Notes under the pieces: model-generated
What the model was told of the DNA's origin: nothing
Seen by the model: only the letters and a program-made list of their open reading frames with translations
Databases searched by the model: none
NCBI GenBank assembly: GCA_039594005.1
Contig: JBCNOF010000013.1
Span: 61,835 to 125,834, forward strand
Length of the DNA: 64,000 nucleotides
Reading direction: 5' to 3'
Source of the DNA: Roseateles sp.
Lineage (GTDB): Bacteria > Pseudomonadota > Gammaproteobacteria > Burkholderiales > Burkholderiaceae_C
Shown: piece by piece, positions 40,365 to 50,352 of the stretch
How the letters are laid out: each line of letters begins with the position of its first letter
How positions within the stretch are numbered: position 1 is the stretch's first letter
Program-made: the position numbers and the translations under genes

Positions 40365-42092
40365 TCAACGATTCAACTTGCGCCGTGCCGCGTACGAGCA
40401 GGCATCGACGACCATCACCAGCGCCAGCATCGCCAGCACGACCGTGCAAGTCTCGCGCATCTGGAACAGGCTCAGGTGCAGGCTCAGCATCTGCCCGAGC
40501 CCGCCCGCGCCGACCACGCCCAGCACCGTCGCGGCGCGGATGTTGTTCTCCCAGCGGTACAGCGTGTAGCTGAGCAGCTGCGGCGCGGCCTGCGGCAGCG
40601 TCGCGAACGCGAAGACCTGCCAGCGCGACGCGCCCGCCCAGCGCAGGGCCTGGGCCGTCTGCGGCGGCGCGTTCTCGAGCGCCTCCGCCATCAGCCGCCC
40701 CAGCACCCCGGTCGTGTGCAGCGCCAGCGCCAGCGTGCCGGGCATCGGTCCGAGCCCCGCGGCCACCAGCAGGATGGACGCCCACACCAGTTCCGGCACG
40801 CTGCGCAGCGCGTTGAGCATCCAACGCGACAGCCATCGGATCGGTCCGGGCGGTCGACTCGCCAGCAGCGCGACGGCGAGCCCCGCCACCGCGGCCAGGC
40901 CGCTGCCCAGCGCGGACATCGCCAGCGTCTCCAGCGCGCCCTGGCCGATGCGTCCGAGGAAGGACGTCGCGAGCTGCGGCGGGAAGAATTCACCGAGGAA
41001 GCGGCCCATCTGCGCCAGCGCGTCCCATCCGAGCAGCTCGCCCCAGCGCAGCGGCAAGGTGATCACGCTCGCCACCAGCAGCGCGAGCAGGCCCATCAGC
41101 AGCACGCGCGCGCCCCAACGCGCCGGAGGGCGCATCGGCATCGACCGGCTTGCATCCACGGCTGCATCCACGGCTGCATCAACAGCTACGATCGGCGCAG
41201 GGGCGCCGCGCCCGCCTCGTTCGACGCCCTGCCCCGCCTCGCGCGCCGGCCGCAGCCAGGCGCTGACGCGGTCCGCGAGCGCCACCAGCGCGATGAAGAT
41301 CAGCAGGATGGTCGCGACCTCGGAGCCCGCGAACATCTTGGTCGCGTTGTCCAGTTGCTGGCCCAGCCCGCCCGCGCCGACGAAGCCCAGCACGACCGAG
41401 GACCGGATCGCGCATTCCCAGCGGTAGACGGTGTAGCTGACCAGCTCGTCCGCGCAACCCGGCAGCGTGCCGAAGAGCAGCGCCTGCAAGCGGCCCGCGC
41501 CGCCGCGCAGCAGCGCCTGCGTGGGCGCGGCGTCGGCGCTCTCCAGGATCTCCGCGTAGACCTTGCCCAGCATCCCGCCATAGGACAACGCGATCGCGAG
41601 CACGCCCGCGCCCGGTCCCAGGCCGATGACCCGCACCAGCATCAGCGCCCAGACGAGCTCGGGCACCGAGCGCAGCACGATCAGCACCAGGCGCACTGCC
41701 CCGCGCAGCAGCCCGCTGCCGCCGGCCATGCGGCCCGTGAGCGCGGACACCGACAGGCGCGCAGTCGCCAGCAGCGCCAGGGGCACGGCGAAGACCCAGG
41801 CCAGCGCCAGGCCCACCGTGGCCATCGCCACCGTGCGCCAGGTGTCGGCGGCGAGCATCGTCAGGAACTCGAGGTCGACCCGCGGCGTGAGGAACTGCGC
41901 CGCGAAACGTCCGGTCGCGCGCAGGCTGCGCTCGTCCAGCAGCTCCCAGGGCCGGAACTCGCACCAGACCAGCAGCGGCCACAGCAGCACCAGGATCGCC
42001 ACCGTGATCCCGACGCGGCGCGCGCCAGCGGGGTCACGGCGCCAGGGAGCCTCGGACACGTCGGCCGCTCCGGCCCGCATCGCGGTGCTCAT
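40365..42092 (-). CDS. PhnE/PtxC-like ABC permease, two permease domains fused
   Basis: Both halves carry LRSVPELVWA and YTxYRWE..IR...LG.VGAGGLG. ATG 42092 overlaps the ATPase stop. Confidence 0.88.
   Translation of the reverse strand: MSTAMRAGAADVSEAPWRRDPAGARRVGITVAILVLLWPLLVWCEFRPWELLDERSLRATGRFAAQFLTPRVDLEFLTMLAADTWRTVAMATVGLALAWVFAVPLALLATARLSVSALTGRMAGGSGLLRGAVRLVLIVLRSVPELVWALMLVRVIGLGPGAGVLAIALSYGGMLGKVYAEILESADAAPTQALLRGGAGRLQALLFGTLPGCADELVSYTVYRWECAIRSSVVLGFVGAGGLGQQLDNATKMFAGSEVATILLIFIALVALADRVSAWLRPAREAGQGVERGGRGAPAPIVAVDAAVDAAVDASRSMPMRPPARWGARVLLMGLLALLVASVITLPLRWGELLGWDALAQMGRFLGEFFPPQLATSFLGRIGQGALETLAMSALGSGLAAVAGLAVALLASRPPGPIRWLSRWMLNALRSVPELVWASILLVAAGLGPMPGTLALALHTTGVLGRLMAEALENAPPQTAQALRWAGASRWQVFAFATLPQAAPQLLSYTLYRWENNIRAATVLGVVGAGGLGQMLSLHLSLFQMRETCTVVLAMLALVMVVDACSYAARRKLNR
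41148..41183 (-). repeat. 12-bp tandem repeat x3 (VDAA-VDAA-VDAS) in permease linker
   Basis: gcttgcatccac ggctgcatccac ggctgcatcaac on the + strand. Confidence 0.75.
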
Positions 42093-42904
42093 CGGCACAT
42101 CGCCTGCGGCGGCGTGGACGCGAGCGGCGCGTCGTGTGCCGCCGTTGGGGGCTCATTGAGCAGGTCGGCGTAGATCTCGTCGAGCTGGCGCGCGCCCAGG
42201 CCCTGCGGCGGGCCGTCGTAGACCAGCCGGCCCTCGCGCAGCGCGATCACGCGCGGGAACACGCGGCAGGCGAGATCGACCTGATGCAGGCTGCACACCA
42301 GCGTGCGGTCCTGCGCGCGAGCGGCACCCTGCAGCACCGCCAGCACGCGTTCCGCGCGCTGCGGATCCAGCGCGGACAGCGGCTCGTCGGCGAGCCACAA
42401 GCGCGCCTGCGACACCAGCAGCCGCGCGATCGCGACCCGCTGCCGCTCGCCGCCGGACAACTGGTCCACGCGCGACCACAGCCGGTCGCCGAGCTCCAGC
42501 CGATCCAACGCCTCGAAGGCGAGCCGGGCCTGCGCCTCATCCGGGCTGAACAGCATGCGCAGGCTGCGCGCGAACGACGCGCCCGGCAGCCGGCCGGCCA
42601 GCACCGCGGTGGCCACGCGCTGACGCGGCGGCAAGGGCGGCTGCTGCGGCGCGAGCATCAGCTCACGGCGCAGCCAGTGGCGATCGGCCGAGGACATCGA
42701 CCACGCGTCCTCGCCCGCCAGCCGCAGCGATCCCGCCGCCGGCGCGAGCGCCAGCGCCATCGCGTGCAGCAGCGAGGTCTTGCCCGCGCCCGACGCACCG
42801 ATCAGCGCGACCTGCTCGCCGGCCTCGATGCGCAGCGACAGCGGCGCGACCAGCGTCCGCGCGCCAGCCTGCAGGTGCAGGCCATCCAGCTCCAGCAAGG
42901 GCAT
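42089..42904 (-). CDS. PhnC-like ABC ATP-binding protein
   Basis: Walker A GASGAGKT, signature LSGGERQ, Walker B WLADEP, H-loop SLHQ. Confidence 0.92.
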   Translation of the reverse strand: MPLLELDGLHLQAGARTLVAPLSLRIEAGEQVALIGASGAGKTSLLHAMALALAPAAGSLRLAGEDAWSMSSADRHWLRRELMLAPQQPPLPPRQRVATAVLAGRLPGASFARSLRMLFSPDEAQARLAFEALDRLELGDRLWSRVDQLSGGERQRVAIARLLVSQARLWLADEPLSALDPQRAERVLAVLQGAARAQDRTLVCSLHQVDLACRVFPRVIALREGRLVYDGPPQGLGARQLDEIYADLLNEPPTAAHDAPLASTPPQAMCR

Positions 42905-42973
42905 CTCAGGGTCTCGGCGCGGGGGCGGTCCATCGAGATCCGCTCATCCAGGATCCCGTCACATGAGCTCCGG

Positions 42974-43858
42974 TCACTTGAGCAGGCCCGCGTTCTCGGC
43001 GGCGGCCTTGATGCCGGCGTAGTTCTCCGGCTGCGTCGGCACGAACTTCGTCGCGCGCTGCAGGTCCAGGATCTCCTTGCCCTCGGGCGTGGCCGCGTTG
43101 AGCTTGAGGAAGGCCGCCTTGAGCTTGTCCTTGAACGCGGCAGGCAGGTCGGCGTGCACGCTCCAGTTGTAGTCGTAATAGGTCGGCGTGGTGAAGAAGA
43201 CCTTCACCGCGCCGGTGTCGACCTTCTTCTCGGCGACAAGCTTTTCCCACACCGAGATGTTGAGCGCGCCCGCGTCGACCTTGCCCGACGCGACCGCGGC
43301 TACGGTCGCGTCATGCGCGCCGGAGAAGGAGATGCGCTTGAGGTCGGTGTCGGGATTGATCTTGGCGGCCAGCAGGAAGGAGCGCGGCATCAGGTGGCCC
43401 GAGGTGGACGAGGCGGAGCCGAAGCTCAGCGTCTTGCCCTTGAGGTCCTCGAGCTTGTGGATGCCGGACTTGGCGTCGGTGATGAAGACGGAGCGGAACT
43501 TCTCGTCCTCCTCGCGCTGCACGAGCGGGACGATCTTGCCGCCGGAGCGCACGTTGGCCTGGACGAAGGTGAAGCCGCCGAACCAGGCGAGCTCGACCTT
43601 CTTGTTGACGACGGCCTCGACGGCGGCGGCGTAGTCGGTGACCGGGGTCCACTCGACCTTCACGCCGAGTTCCTTCTCGAGGTACTTGCCCAGCGGGGCG
43701 AACTTGCGGGCCAGCTCGGTCGGCGACTCGTCGGGGATGGCGGTCACGCGCAGGACCTGCGGCGACTGCGCCAGCGCGGGGCCGACGGCCCCGGCGATCA
43801 GCGAGGCGGCGACGATTCCCTGCAGCGCACGGCTGACATGACGGAAGAGGCTAGGCAT
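42974..43858 (-). CDS. PhnD-like substrate-binding protein, putative selenate ABC transporter family
   Basis: TAIPDESPTEL, WFGGFT, FGSASSTSGHLMPR, SGAHDAT, YYDYNW; adjacent to tRNA-Sec. Confidence 0.8.
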   Translation of the reverse strand: MPSLFRHVSRALQGIVAASLIAGAVGPALAQSPQVLRVTAIPDESPTELARKFAPLGKYLEKELGVKVEWTPVTDYAAAVEAVVNKKVELAWFGGFTFVQANVRSGGKIVPLVQREEDEKFRSVFITDAKSGIHKLEDLKGKTLSFGSASSTSGHLMPRSFLLAAKINPDTDLKRISFSGAHDATVAAVASGKVDAGALNISVWEKLVAEKKVDTGAVKVFFTTPTYYDYNWSVHADLPAAFKDKLKAAFLKLNAATPEGKEILDLQRATKFVPTQPENYAGIKAAAENAGLLK

Positions 43859-43893
43859 CAAAGGCTCCGTGGGTGGTGAAAGTCAAAGAACAT

Positions 43894-43910
43894 GCCGCCC
43901 CGAGGGCGGC
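43894..43910 (-). terminator. Probable intrinsic terminator downstream of tRNA-Sec
   Basis: Minus strand reads GCCGCCC-TCG-GGGCGGC then ATGTTCTTTGACTTT. Confidence 0.5.
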
Positions 43911-44040
43911 CGCATGAACCAGCGACATCGGATGGCCGTCGCGAGCGGCCCGAGGTCGCGCCGAGGCGCGCAGCCGTACTGGCGTACGGCGAGCACCGCA
44001 GGCGCGAGATCGGGCCGCGCAGCAGGCCAGCAGATGTTGC

Positions 44041-44136
44041 TGGCGGAAGGAAATGGGAGTCGAACCCACCCGACGGCGCGTGGCGCCATCCACCGGATTT
44101 GAAGTCCGGCCGATCCACCAGGATCGTTTTCCTTCC
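44041..44136 (-). tRNA. selC: tRNA-Sec (anticodon UCA)
   Basis: 96 nt; 8-bp acceptor stem GGAAGGAA/TTCCTTCC plus GCCA; anticodon arm CCGGA-CTTCAAA-TCCGG; long variable arm; directly after selB. Confidence 0.97.
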
Positions 44137-44151
44137 CTTGATCGGTCCTGC

Positions 44152-46146
44152 TCATGCGATCACGGCGGCGTCGGCGCGCGGAGCGCCCTCGTCGTCGTCC
44201 TCGATGAACAGGCGGCAATCGGGCCGCAGCCTGTGCGCGTCGCCGACACGTCGCAGCAGCCCGACCTTGTCGAAGAACTCCAGCACCTGGATCGCGCGCT
44301 TGCGCCCCAGGCCGCTGCGGTCGCGGAACGCCGCGGCCTTCACGTCGCCGTCGGCCGCCGAGTCCCGCGCGATGCGCGCGAGTTCCCGGATCGCCGGGGG
44401 CGCATAGTACAGATCCTTGACGACCTGGAACAGCTCCCCGCGTTGCGACAAGCGCGCCAGCGTCGTGCGCATCAGCGCCTCGGGCTCGTTGACGTCCTTG
44501 GCCAGGTCACGCGCCCAGGCGCCCTCGAAGCCCGCCGACAACAGCCGCGGCCAGACCTTCTGCGCCAGCCGCTCATCCAGCGCGGAGAGCTGAACGCCGT
44601 GTTCCGGCAGATGCGCCGCCGCGCCGCTCAGCACGATGCGCCCATCGCCCGCGAGCCGCTGCGCGAGCGCGCGCCACAGCGGCTCGGCCATCCGCGGCGC
44701 GGTCAACCGGCGCCAGCGCGCGAGGTCCGGACCGAGCTCATCGGGCTGCGCCGCGTGATACGCGCGCAGCCGCTCCAGCGCGAGCGCTTCCCAGTGCGCC
44801 GTCTGCGCCGGACCCAGGGCCCAGGCCGGACCCGCCGGGCCTCTGACCACGGTGAGGTCCGACGACAGTTCGCCGATGGCCACGCCTTGCCCCGCCGCGA
44901 AGCGCGCCAGATCGACGCCCATCGGCGCCTGATCGAGCAGGCCCGCCAGACGGCGCTCGGCGGTCTCGGCGGTCAGCGCCTGCAACTCCGCCAGTCGCTG
45001 CGGCGTGCGCCGATAACGCGCAGGCGCCTGAGGATCGAGCACGACGCCGCCGGCCAGCGCGCGCGTGGCCGACGCATCGCGCAACACCACGCGATCGCCG
45101 GCCCACGCGCCGATCGGCCGATGCAGCACCAGTTGCACGAACGCCTCCTCGCCCGGCGCCAGCGCGTCGATGGCATCGCCCGCGACCCCACCCGCGACCT
45201 GGCCCAGCACCGCCACCGAGCCCGTCACCTGATCCGCGCCCACATGCACGTGGACCACGGCGCCGCTGCGCAGCGGCTTGCTCTCGGCGGACCACAGGCG
45301 CAGGCGCGCATCGAGCCGGTCGGTCCATTGGGCGATCCCGGGTGCGGCCAGCCATTGGCCGCGCTCGACATCGTCCTTGTCCAGCCCCACGAGGCCGATG
45401 GCCACGCGCTGGCCGGCGATCGCGCGCTCGGCCGACGCGTTCTGCGCATGCAGGCTGCGCACGCGTGCGCGCCGTGGCGATTGGCCTTGCGCGGGCGGCA
45501 ACAGCAGGAGTTCGTCACCGATGGCGACCTCACCCGCATGGGCGGTGCCGGTGCACACGGTGCCCACACCCGCGAGGCTGAACACGCGATCGACCGCGAG
45601 CCGGAAGGCCTGCGCACCCGCCTCGCGCGGCGGCAGCGCGCGCGCCTCGACGATCAGGTGCTCGCGCAACTCGCGCACGCCCCCGCCCGCCGGGCCCGCC
45701 GCCGCGGCGACCTCGAACACCGGTGCCCGCGCGAGCGGCGTGCCCGCCACCAGCTCGGCGATCTCCGCGCGCCGCGCCGCGCGCGTGGCCGCATCGACGC
45801 GGTCGCACTTGGTCAGCGCGATCGTGCCGCGGGCGATCCCCAGCAAGCTGAGCAGCGCGAGGTGCTCGCGCGTCTGCGGCATCACACCGTCGTCGGCGGC
45901 GACCAGCAGCAGCGCGTGGTCGATGCCCGTCGCGCCCGACAACATCGTGTGCACCAGCCGCTCATGACCCGGCACGTCGACGAAGCCGATGCGATGCGTG
46001 GCGTCCACGTCCAGGAACGCGTACCCCAGCGCGATGCTGATGCCGCGCCGTTTCTCCTCGGGCAGCCGATCGGTGTCGACGCCGGTCAGCGCCTTGACCA
46101 GCGTGGTCTTGCCGTGATCGATGTGGCCGGCCGTTCCTATGATCAC
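44152..46146 (-). CDS. selB: Selenocysteine-specific elongation factor
   Basis: [22 protein letters not shown]-terminal winged helices ([13 protein letters not shown]). GTG start overlaps the selA stop. Confidence 0.97.
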   Translation of the reverse strand: MIIGTAGHIDHGKTTLVKALTGVDTDRLPEEKRRGISIALGYAFLDVDATHRIGFVDVPGHERLVHTMLSGATGIDHALLLVAADDGVMPQTREHLALLSLLGIARGTIALTKCDRVDAATRAARRAEIAELVAGTPLARAPVFEVAAAAGPAGGGVRELREHLIVEARALPPREAGAQAFRLAVDRVFSLAGVGTVCTGTAHAGEVAIGDELLLLPPAQGQSPRRARVRSLHAQNASAERAIAGQRVAIGLVGLDKDDVERGQWLAAPGIAQWTDRLDARLRLWSAESKPLRSGAVVHVHVGADQVTGSVAVLGQVAGGVAGDAIDALAPGEEAFVQLVLHRPIGAWAGDRVVLRDASATRALAGGVVLDPQAPARYRRTPQRLAELQALTAETAERRLAGLLDQAPMGVDLARFAAGQGVAIGELSSDLTVVRGPAGPAWALGPAQTAHWEALALERLRAYHAAQPDELGPDLARWRRLTAPRMAEPLWRALAQRLAGDGRIVLSGAAAHLPEHGVQLSALDERLAQKVWPRLLSAGFEGAWARDLAKDVNEPEALMRTTLARLSQRGELFQVVKDLYYAPPAIRELARIARDSAADGDVKAAAFRDRSGLGRKRAIQVLEFFDKVGLLRRVGDAHRLRPDCRLFIEDDDEGAPRADAAVIA

Positions 46147-47642
46147 GCCAGCGCCTCCCGCAGCACGGCGAGCTGGGCGATGAACTCGCCCTCCTCGCGC
46201 ACCTCGTCCAGGCAGCGCAGGTCCAGCCAGAGCTCGTCGCTGCTCACGCGCGCGATGACCGGCAGCGGCAGCGCGCGCAGCGCGGTCTGCAGCTCGTCCA
46301 GCGCGCGGCCCAGGCCGCGCTTGCCCGGCAGTCGCGGCGTCAGCACCAGGCCCGCGGACGGCAGCGTCTCCACCGGCAGCGAGCCCGAGCCGATCTGGCC
46401 GCGCATCGCGCTCACGCGCGCCGAGAAGCGCGGCGCGACCGACGCCTCGACCCGCGCGAGCAGGCGCCCGGCCTGCGCCTCGATCTGATCGAGCGGGCGC
46501 GTCAGCAGCCGCAGCGTGGGCAGGTCCTGCGTCAGGCGATCCGGCTGCAGGTACAGGCGCAGCGTGGCCTCCAGCGCCGCCAGCGGCAGCTTGGACAGCC
46601 GCAGCGCGCGTTTCATCGGGAACTTGCGGATCTTCTGGACGAGGTCGCGCCGCCCGACGATCAGCCCGGCCTGCGGTCCGCCCAGCAGCTTGTCGCCGCT
46701 GAAGGTCACGACATCGCAGCCGTCGGCCAGCATCCGCTGCGGCAGCGGCTCGGCGGGCAGGCCCCACTGCGCCAGGTCCACCAGCGAGCCGCTGCCCAGG
46801 TCCGTCATCAGCGGTACGCCCGCCGCCTTCGCAACCGGGGCGAGTTCCGCCTCGCTGACGGCCGAGGTGAAGCCCTGGATCGCGTAGTTGCTCGTGTGGA
46901 CCTTCATCAGCAGCGCGGTCCGCGGGCCGATGGCGGCCTGGTAGTCGCGCAGGTGCGTGCGGTTGGTGGTGCCGATCTCGACCAGCGTCGCGCCGGCCGC
47001 GGCCATCACATCGGGCATGCGGAAGGCGCCGCCGATCTCGACGAGCTCGCCGCGCGAGACCACCGCCTCCTTGCCGCCCGCCAGCGCGGCGATGCCCAGC
47101 AGCACCGCCGCGGCGTTGTTGTTCACGACCGTGGCCGCCTCCGCGCCGGTGATCTCGCACAGCAGCGACTCCACGAGGCTGTCGCGATCGCCGCGTTCGC
47201 CGCGCTCGAGGTCGAACTCCAGGTTGTTGGGCGAGCCCATGCACGCGAGCACCTGCCGCAGCGCCTCGTCGGCCAGCAGCGCCCGGCCCAGGTTGGTGTG
47301 CAGCACGGTGCCGGTCAGGTTGATCACGCGGCGCATGCGCGGCGTCAGGCGCTCGGCGCAGCGCTCGGCCAGCACTCGCGTCAGCTGCGCGATCTCGTCG
47401 GTGGTGAGCGCGCCATCGAGCGCTCGCTGGCGCCAGGCGTCGAGCAGCCGCCGCGCCTCGGCGGCGACGAAGGCGTGTCCGTGACTGGCCATCAGGTGCG
47501 TCACCTCGGCGTCGCGCAGCACGCGATCGACGGACGGGAGATCCTTGGGAGCCGCCGGTGCCGTCCCGGTCGCGGGGACCGTCGCAGCCGTTGCCGGGGA
47601 GCCTGCCGTCGGACCATGAACCATGGATGCCTCGGGCTTCAT
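46143..47642 (-). CDS. selA: L-seryl-tRNA(Sec) selenium transferase
   Basis: INLTGTVLHTNLGRA, VNNNAAA, PLP motif FSGDKLLGGPQAG. Confidence 0.97.
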   Translation of the reverse strand: MKPEASMVHGPTAGSPATAATVPATGTAPAAPKDLPSVDRVLRDAEVTHLMASHGHAFVAAEARRLLDAWRQRALDGALTTDEIAQLTRVLAERCAERLTPRMRRVINLTGTVLHTNLGRALLADEALRQVLACMGSPNNLEFDLERGERGDRDSLVESLLCEITGAEAATVVNNNAAAVLLGIAALAGGKEAVVSRGELVEIGGAFRMPDVMAAAGATLVEIGTTNRTHLRDYQAAIGPRTALLMKVHTSNYAIQGFTSAVSEAELAPVAKAAGVPLMTDLGSGSLVDLAQWGLPAEPLPQRMLADGCDVVTFSGDKLLGGPQAGLIVGRRDLVQKIRKFPMKRALRLSKLPLAALEATLRLYLQPDRLTQDLPTLRLLTRPLDQIEAQAGRLLARVEASVAPRFSARVSAMRGQIGSGSLPVETLPSAGLVLTPRLPGKRGLGRALDELQTALRALPLPVIARVSSDELWLDLRCLDEVREEGEFIAQLAVLREALA

Positions 47643-47644
47643 GC

Positions 47645-48730
47645 TCAGCGCCCTCCGGGATCGGGGGGAACCGCGCCGGAGCTGCCGGGCGGCGCGCCTT
47701 GCGCCGCATCGTGCGAGGCCTCCGCCTCGCCCAGGATCAGCATCGGATTGAGGCCCTGGCGCACCAGGCCGAGCTCGCCGACCAGCAGGTCCAGCGTCAG
47801 CGTGGCGAGGTCGTCGGCCAGCGGCTCGACCTGCAGGTCCTTCTCCATATGGACCTGCTTGAGGTAATGCCCGCAGGTCTCGCAGCATTCGGCGGCCACG
47901 GCCTCGGCCTTGCGGCCGTCGTCATCGACCAGCGTCTGGAAGCTGATGCCCTTGGTGCCCTGGCAATGCGTGCACTTGATGCGAACGTAATGCCATTGCG
48001 AGCCGCACAGCGAACAGGCGAGGAAGCGCTGCCCGGACTGCTCGGCCGCGATGCGCGTGATCGAAGCCACCGGCCGCGAGCCGCAGCACGGGCAGACCGT
48101 CGGGTCGTCGATCATGCCGAAGGGCGCGACGTGCTCGCCCTGGTCGCTCTGCTCGTAGCGCTCCTGCAGCTGCATCACGAGCCGCGTCCAATGCACCTGC
48201 AGCGCCGCGGCAATCAATGGCGCCGCGGCCGGGTCCAGGCCCGGTCCGCCGCCAGCCAGCAGCACCGTGGCCTGCTGCTCGAGCCAGTCCGTGTCCGCCT
48301 CGGCCAGTTGCGCCACGAGCGCCTTCGCCGGCTCGGGGATCGCCGCGCGGGCCAGCGCCTCGGTCAGCGCCCGCAATTCCTCGCGCCACACCCCGTCGCG
48401 CGGCAGCGTCATCGCCTCCACCGGCGGCAGCCCGCCGACCATCGCGCCGTTGACCAGCACCTCGTCGGGCAGGCGCAGCGCGCGCGGGCGGCTCAGCAGC
48501 TCGTGCTGACGCTGCGCGAGTTCGGCCACGAACAGCAGGTAGTCCCGCATCGCGTGGCCCTCGGCGAGCTGGCGCAGCCGCAGCGCGCGTTCGGCGAAGA
48601 GACCGGGTTCAGGCACCTTGACCGGCGCGACACGCGGGCCGGCGTTGACCGCGATCTCTTCCGGGGACATCACCCGGATCGGGCTGGTGCTGCTGTGGCT
48701 GCCGTTGCCGCTGCTGCTGGTGGGGGTCAT
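47645..48730 (-). CDS. fdhE: Formate dehydrogenase accessory protein FdhE
   Basis: CPCCGS, CSLC, CTHC, CETC motifs. Confidence 0.95.
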   Translation of the reverse strand: MTPTSSSGNGSHSSTSPIRVMSPEEIAVNAGPRVAPVKVPEPGLFAERALRLRQLAEGHAMRDYLLFVAELAQRQHELLSRPRALRLPDEVLVNGAMVGGLPPVEAMTLPRDGVWREELRALTEALARAAIPEPAKALVAQLAEADTDWLEQQATVLLAGGGPGLDPAAAPLIAAALQVHWTRLVMQLQERYEQSDQGEHVAPFGMIDDPTVCPCCGSRPVASITRIAAEQSGQRFLACSLCGSQWHYVRIKCTHCQGTKGISFQTLVDDDGRKAEAVAAECCETCGHYLKQVHMEKDLQVEPLADDLATLTLDLLVGELGLVRQGLNPMLILGEAEASHDAAQGAPPGSSGAVPPDPGGR

Positions 48731-49350
48731 GCGGGGGGACGCTCCTTCGCTTCCTTGTGCCACAGCGGATGATGGTGCGCGGCCCAGGTGTCGGTGACTG
48801 TGCCACGGGTCATCGCCCGGAACGAGCCCTTGACCCAGATCGCGGCGTAGACATGGATGATGATCGTCAGGATCAGGATCGCCGCCGACGCCGAGTGCAG
48901 CACCACCGCGACGCGCCGCATCAGGATGTTGCCGTCAGGGAACCAGGCGTGCCAGAACATGAAGCCGGTCACCAGCAGGATCAGCAGCGACACGACCATC
49001 ACCCAGAACACGATCTTCTGACCGGCGTTGTACTTCGCCGCCGGTTGCACGCCTTGCTTGTGCGCGCCGGAGATCATCCCGGGGCTTTCCTTCATCCAGC
49101 GCGAATCGACCTCGGTCCAGAGGTTGTCGCGCCACATCGTCACCGCCAGGAACGCGAACGCGATCACCATGCCCAGGCCCATGTAGGGATGCAGCACGCG
49201 CGTCCAGGGCCCGCCTCCGAAGAGGTTGCTCAGGAAGAAGAGACTCGGGTGGAAGAAGGCCAGGCCCGAGAGCCCGGCGCACAGGAACAGCAGCACGACC
49301 AGCCAGTGGTTCAGACGCTGGCCGTCGCGATAACGTTGCAGCAGAGCCAT
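48727..49350 (-). CDS. fdnI: Formate dehydrogenase gamma (cytochrome b556) subunit
   Basis: RLNHW, KYNAGQK, four TM helices with heme His ligands. Confidence 0.93.
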   Translation of the reverse strand: MALLQRYRDGQRLNHWLVVLLFLCAGLSGLAFFHPSLFFLSNLFGGGPWTRVLHPYMGLGMVIAFAFLAVTMWRDNLWTEVDSRWMKESPGMISGAHKQGVQPAAKYNAGQKIVFWVMVVSLLILLVTGFMFWHAWFPDGNILMRRVAVVLHSASAAILILTIIIHVYAAIWVKGSFRAMTRGTVTDTWAAHHHPLWHKEAKERPPA

Positions 49351-49365
49351 GTCGTTCTCCCGCGT

Positions 49366-50343
49366 TCAGAGACCGCCGCCGGCAGGCGGCACCGAGCCAT
49401 CTCGCCGGTCGCGCACGAGCGGATCGTCCGGCTCGCCGCGCTTCATGCGCTCGTAGGCCAGCTCCTCGTCGGCATCGGGCTCGTCGTGCCCCGTCTTCTG
49501 CGGGCCGACCTTCATGTAATGGAAGAAGCCCGCCACCGCCGCGCCGATCATCGCGGCCACCGCCAACGGCTTGGCCGCGCCCTTCCACAGCGACACCAGC
49601 GGGCTGATCTGCGGATCCTTGGGCAGGCCGTGATACAGCGTGGGCTGGTCCGCGTGCTGCAGCACGTACATCACATGCGTCCCACCGACGCCCTGCGGGT
49701 CGTAAACCCCGGCGTTCTGATACCCGCGTTCCTTGAGGTCGACGATGCGTTCGGCCGCGAACTCGTGCATGTCCTCCTTGGAGCCGAAACGGATCGCACC
49801 GGTCGGACAGGCCTTCACGCAGGCCGGTTCCAGGCCCACGCCGACGCGGTCCGAGCACAGGCTGCACTTGTAGGCCTTGTTGTCGGCCTTGCTGATGCGC
49901 GGCACGTCGAACGGGCAGCCCGTCACGCAGTTGCCGCAACCGATGCAGTGCTCGGAGATGAAGTCGACGATGCCGTTCTGGTACTTCACGATCGCACCCG
50001 GCGCCGGACAGCTCTTGAGACAGCCCGGATCCTGACAATGCATGCAGCCGTCCTTGCGGATCAGCCATTCGAGCTTGTTCTCGACGACCTCCACCTCGGA
50101 GTAGCGCATCACCGTCCAGGACTGCGGCGTCAGGTCACGCGGGTTGTCGTAGGTGCCGTGCGTCTCGCCGACGTCGTCGCGCAGATCGTTCCACTGCATG
50201 CAGGCGACCTGGCAGGCCTTGCAGCCGATGCACGAGGACACGTCGATCAGCTTGGCGACCTCGGGCGTGGTGCGCCGCGCGTCGGGACTGGGCAGCGTCG
50301 TGGCGGAGCGCAGGGCGATGTCGAGGGATTGCAATGAAGACAT
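49366..50343 (-). CDS. fdnH: Formate dehydrogenase beta (Fe-S) subunit
   Basis: CIGCKAC, CMHC...C, CIGCGNC, KCSLC; C-terminal TM helix. Confidence 0.96.
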   Translation of the reverse strand: MSSLQSLDIALRSATTLPSPDARRTTPEVAKLIDVSSCIGCKACQVACMQWNDLRDDVGETHGTYDNPRDLTPQSWTVMRYSEVEVVENKLEWLIRKDGCMHCQDPGCLKSCPAPGAIVKYQNGIVDFISEHCIGCGNCVTGCPFDVPRISKADNKAYKCSLCSDRVGVGLEPACVKACPTGAIRFGSKEDMHEFAAERIVDLKERGYQNAGVYDPQGVGGTHVMYVLQHADQPTLYHGLPKDPQISPLVSLWKGAAKPLAVAAMIGAAVAGFFHYMKVGPQKTGHDEPDADEELAYERMKRGEPDDPLVRDRRDGSVPPAGGGL

Positions 50344-50352
50344 GGCGGTTCC

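Noticed and set aside
40365-43858. Phosphonate utilisation (phn) operon
   Set aside because: Only transporter genes are present; there are no C-P lyase or phosphonatase genes, and the context is selenium-related. Phosphonate binding is not excluded.
44152-47709. 1185-aa track ORF suggesting a SelA-SelB fusion
   Set aside because: Its N-terminal half is an off-frame shadow of selA. SelB starts at GTG 46146, overlapping the selA stop.
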